Assembly (NCBI GenBank): GCA_023231475.1
Contig: JALJEE010002185.1
Location: 124,001 to 163,518, forward strand
From: Seison nebaliae
Lineage: Eukaryota
DNA length: 39,518 nucleotides
Direction of reading: 5' to 3'
Part shown: positions 36,018 to 39,518 of the stretch, one piece after another
Layout of the letters: every line of letters begins with the position of its first letter
Numbering within the stretch: the stretch's first letter is position 1
Position numbers and translations under genes: made by a program
The notes under the pieces: model-generated
Told to the model about the DNA's origin: nothing
The model's database searches: none
What the model saw: the letters and a program-made list of their open reading frames with translations, nothing else

Positions 36018-38242
36018 TTATTGATTGTTTTCCATTGTTTCTTTCATCCAGGCTTTGAATACAGAGACAGTAGCATATATTCCTTTTCCACCACAAGTGT
36101 TATCTACACCATAGCTTGTAACTCCTGTTAGTGTAAATATGCCGTTCTCAAACTTGTATAATGGTCCACCACTGTCTCCTTTACAAGAATCCTTTTCTTC
36201 ATCTGGGTTTCCAGCACAGAATGACACTGCTGTTTCCTTAGCTTCTAATTCACAGACACTATCCGCTTGAATAGGAAATGTAACTTTCCTCAACTTCTCA
36301 GAAATTTCTCCTTCTGCCGCTGTGTCATAAGAGAAATATAATAAGATATAAATTATAGAATTACAAACGGACATCTATCCTTCCCCATCCTGCTGCTGTT
36401 ACTTCTTCACCTTCAGATGGTCTATCATCGCTTATGCATATTGGTTGTGCTTTATCGTTGAAAGTTATTGCTTCACCGATTTTTATTAGATAAATGTCGT
36501 TGTATAAGTTAGTGTCCGATGATTCATAATCAGGATGCTTTTAAATTTTAAATTATTGAAGTTATCAAAAAAGTATAATTAACCTCAAATCCTTGTTCAA
36601 TTTTTATTTTTTTTTCTCCCGTGTCAACTTCCACCAAATCCAAATCGGAAATCACCACTTCGGAGTTCTTAACTTCTGCACTGAAGGAATTAAGTAATTA
36701 TATAAATCTTTGGAATATCTTCTAACTAACTCGGACATTCCTTCAAAACAATGGGCTGCTGTGACTATCCAATTTGAATTCACAATACTGCCACCACACA
36801 ATTGCTCGCCTGCACTCGTTTTGATGTTAAGCGATACAATAAAAGGAATTGAATTATCAGTTACAATTTGTCCATTGACGATTCTGCTCGTTCTTCCTGA
36901 TGTTCCGCAGTTCTTTGGAACTATGAAAGTAGAGTAAAAACAGTTGGTTATAACTATCATCTAAATCTAACATACGCCTTCGTCTAAAAAATATTCGATA
37001 AAGATTAAATTTGTATTCAACCAATAATATTAATTTTTTTTTAAAACCTGCAATAGTTGTTGAAGTTGGAGTGGTTGTTCCTTTTGTTGTTGGTTTAGTA
37101 GTCTCTTGGGTAGTACTTTGTGTAGTGTCTTTTGTGGTTAATTTGGTAGTCGTTTCTGTGGTTTGGTTCGTAGTATCCTTAGAAGTTTCTTCAGTATTCT
37201 CAGGTGTTGTATTTTCACTAGAAATTGTAGTTCCTGTTGTAGTTATTTTTGTAGCAGTACTTTCTGATGTCACAGGTTCCGTATTTGTACTACTACCTTC
37301 AGTTGTTGCCGTGCTACTACTCTTTACATTAACGTTTGTTGTTGATTCTTTGTTCACTGTTGTTTCTAGTTCTGAACTAGTAGTCTTTACAGATGAACTA
37401 GTTGGAACATTCTCTGTTTTTATAACATATTAATGATGAAGAAGAATATAGAATTTAAACTGGATGTTTTTGCCATCTCTGATGTTATCGTTGATGATTC
37501 TTTTGTGCTCGTACCAAGATCTTGCATTGTTTTACCAGTTGTTTGCTCCTGTATTTCTGTCGATCTATTAGTGAATGTTTGAGAGAAAATTGTAGTTAAT
37601 AAAATGAAATACATATTTTGGAAATAAAATAATGGGAAGGAAAGACCTAATTATATTTTGCATAATTAAATCTGATGATGCTAACTGTGATGGGCTCGAA
37701 GGCTCACTTGAGACAATCGGATCTTCTGATGTAACTTCTACGTTAGATGAAGATGCTTGAACAGTATTTACAGATTCCGTGTTTGGTGTTGTTAAAGTAG
37801 TAGCTCTTAAACTAGTTGAAGTATTTCCGATATTCAAACTGACTCTAAATCAATTAATGAAATCAAAGGTATCAAGAAAAGTTAAAACGAAGATTCGACT
37901 GTATCCGAAATGACCACAACTGTTGCTAAAAGAATAATAAAGATCAGGTCTTCTAAATTTAGTAGAACATTAATTAGAGTTTAACTTGTTGTATCATCGT
38001 CTGTGTCACTTACACCTAAACTTTTGAAATGTACACCTAATACAACTAAATATAGAAGAAAAATTTTAATGACCAATAGAAATTGCTGCAGCAAGTCCAC
38101 CACCCAGACCAAGTGTGAGAACTGCCAGAACTCCAATCAAAAGTGGAATCAGTCTAATAACAGAACTGTTGAAAAAGTAATTTTATGAAATTTCCAACAA
38201 TTGAGATTTCCTTTCTTTCTTCTTTTTTCCCAATTCGTCCAT
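36018..38242 (-). CDS. Type II transmembrane trypsin-like serine protease with Thr/Ser-rich mucin-like stalk; exons approx. 38242-38199, 38153-38074, 38015-37986, 37925-37889, 37844-37686, 37564-37461, 37413-37048, 36983-36972, 36920-36731, 36680-36584, 36537-36369, 36319-36018
   Basis: Basic tail MDELGKKKKERK, then hydrophobic LLIPLLIGVLAVLTLGLGGGLAAAISIG; T/S/E-rich stalk; CG...R^IVNG activation site; triad motifs TAAHC, NDIYLI, GDSGGP; S1 Asp (KDSCKGDS). The protease domain is secure; the N-terminal exon chain is less so. Confidence 0.85.
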
Positions 38243-38566
38243 TATCGTTGGTATCTTATTTTCTACTTCTGTACTTTCTTAATATATTGAAGTGATAATA
38301 ATATTCCATGTTGTTTTAACAACACAATTCGAATGACGTAATTAAAATGTCCATTCGTCATAGGTATGCATAAAGTAAATATTAATCAAGGTGAAAATAT
38401 TATAATAATTTCAATCGACTAGATATATCGTTAGTTTAGATACGTCGAAATAAACAATTTTAACAATTAGACCATTCACTAATGTTGCTTCTCAAACTAG
38501 CGGGAATGATGAACAATTTTGATTATAACATGTCAACATGAATAGTGTTTCTAATAGCGTCATGAC

Positions 38567-38599
38567 GGGCAAGATGAGACATTGGGGCAAAATGAGACA
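38567..38599 (+). mobile_element. Tandem 15-bp subterminal-type repeat (GGGCAAGATGAGACA / GGGCAAAATGAGACA), probable end of a degenerate Tc1/mariner-pogo-type DNA transposon
   Basis: Two direct copies with 14/15 identity, 3 bp apart and GC-rich against the background. They resemble terminal motifs of pogo-like elements as recalled. No partner TIR or intact transposase is in the window. Confidence 0.35.
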
Positions 38600-39518
38600 C
38601 TTCTCAATAAGGTTCTTTTTATTGAGTTTAAACCATTTTAATAATGTGTTAATTTTCTTAATATTAATTTTATACGTTAATAAGAATGCTTACTCTTGGA
38701 ATTACAACTCATTTTAATCTATTTTTAATTTAGAAAAAGAAACGAAGCCACTGTAAAATAATTTTAAATTTCATGATGATTGCCTAACATATGAGAAACG
38801 AATCATATGAGAAAATGAAATGTTTGAACTCCATGAGAGAATGTTGTGAGATAGACCATGGATATCAAATCGGAAGCAAGAAAGAGAAAAAATTAGTTTT
38901 CAGCTTCCTCTGCGTTATAGAGATCTTATAATGTAAAACCTACAGAATGACATGATTTGATTGTCCTCGATATAATAAAAATATTGGATGTCGGAAGGGA
39001 CAGTGGCGGACAAATTAGAATAGAATTCTATTCATTTCAACTTTTATTAATTTCAAAAAGAAAAATAGGATATTTATTATAGCGAATAAAAAGAGTATGA
39101 TTGCATCTATGGAAACAGCAGATTGTCTTCCTAATGAACCTTTCCTTCATTATCAATTTTTTCGTTATATTGATTTGCTTGTGGTCGAAATATCTGAATA
39201 TATATCTGAAGACTGCTCCGATCCACAAGTCAATCATAATAGTTTATGGACATATAACACTGTACAACAAAAAAAAAGTAACTCAAAAATGAAACCTGTT
39301 TCTAGATCGGAATTTTCCGTAGATTACAAATATACTAACCAATTTTTTTGGGAGGTCGCAGTTTTTTCAGAAAAACTAATTTTCTAGTTCTGTGTTATAT
39401 TTTTTTGAAATCGAAAATTTTACCACTAATATTCAACCTTTTTCATCTATTTGTTATGGAGATTGTAGGAAATTAAAAGTAGTTTAGGTAATCGTAAATG
39501 AAAGATCATCTGAGTTTA

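Noticed and set aside
37011..37433. 140-aa Val-rich hydrophobic plus-strand ORF
   Set aside because: Antisense translation of the Thr-rich (ACN) mucin exon.
39037..39387. Overlapping 63-96 aa ORFs at the right end
   Set aside because: No recognisable domain or DDE motif; they may be chance ORFs in decayed repeat DNA.

Overview
This is a very AT-rich, gene-dense animal (metazoan) nuclear genome segment, not prokaryotic. I saw no rRNA, tRNA or CRISPR. About 14 protein genes can be reconstructed by hand-splicing short introns, mostly 39-73 nt. In order: a Gln-rich ORF running off the left end, COA8/APOPT1, a nicotinic-receptor-like Cys-loop channel lacking the loop-C Cys pair, a divergent SLC1/EAAT transporter, KLF, an EGF-EGF-ZP membrane protein, a ZDHHC palmitoyltransferase, ALG11, an unrecognised gene, Nkx6, an intronless CatSper delta/epsilon-like subunit, TFIIS, CLN6, and a type II membrane mucin-stalk trypsin-like protease. 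A probable DNA-transposon end lies near the right edge. The strongest unexplained signal is the splice code. Of 48 introns I reconstructed in frame, 43 start GTT rather than the GTA/GTG typical of animals, and many acceptors end in AAG with no pyrimidine tract. This suggests a lineage with a rewired splice-site recognition system. The compact architecture resembles a miniaturised spiralian such as a rotifer-group animal, but that taxonomic guess is inference only. All gene models are manual and untested against RNA.
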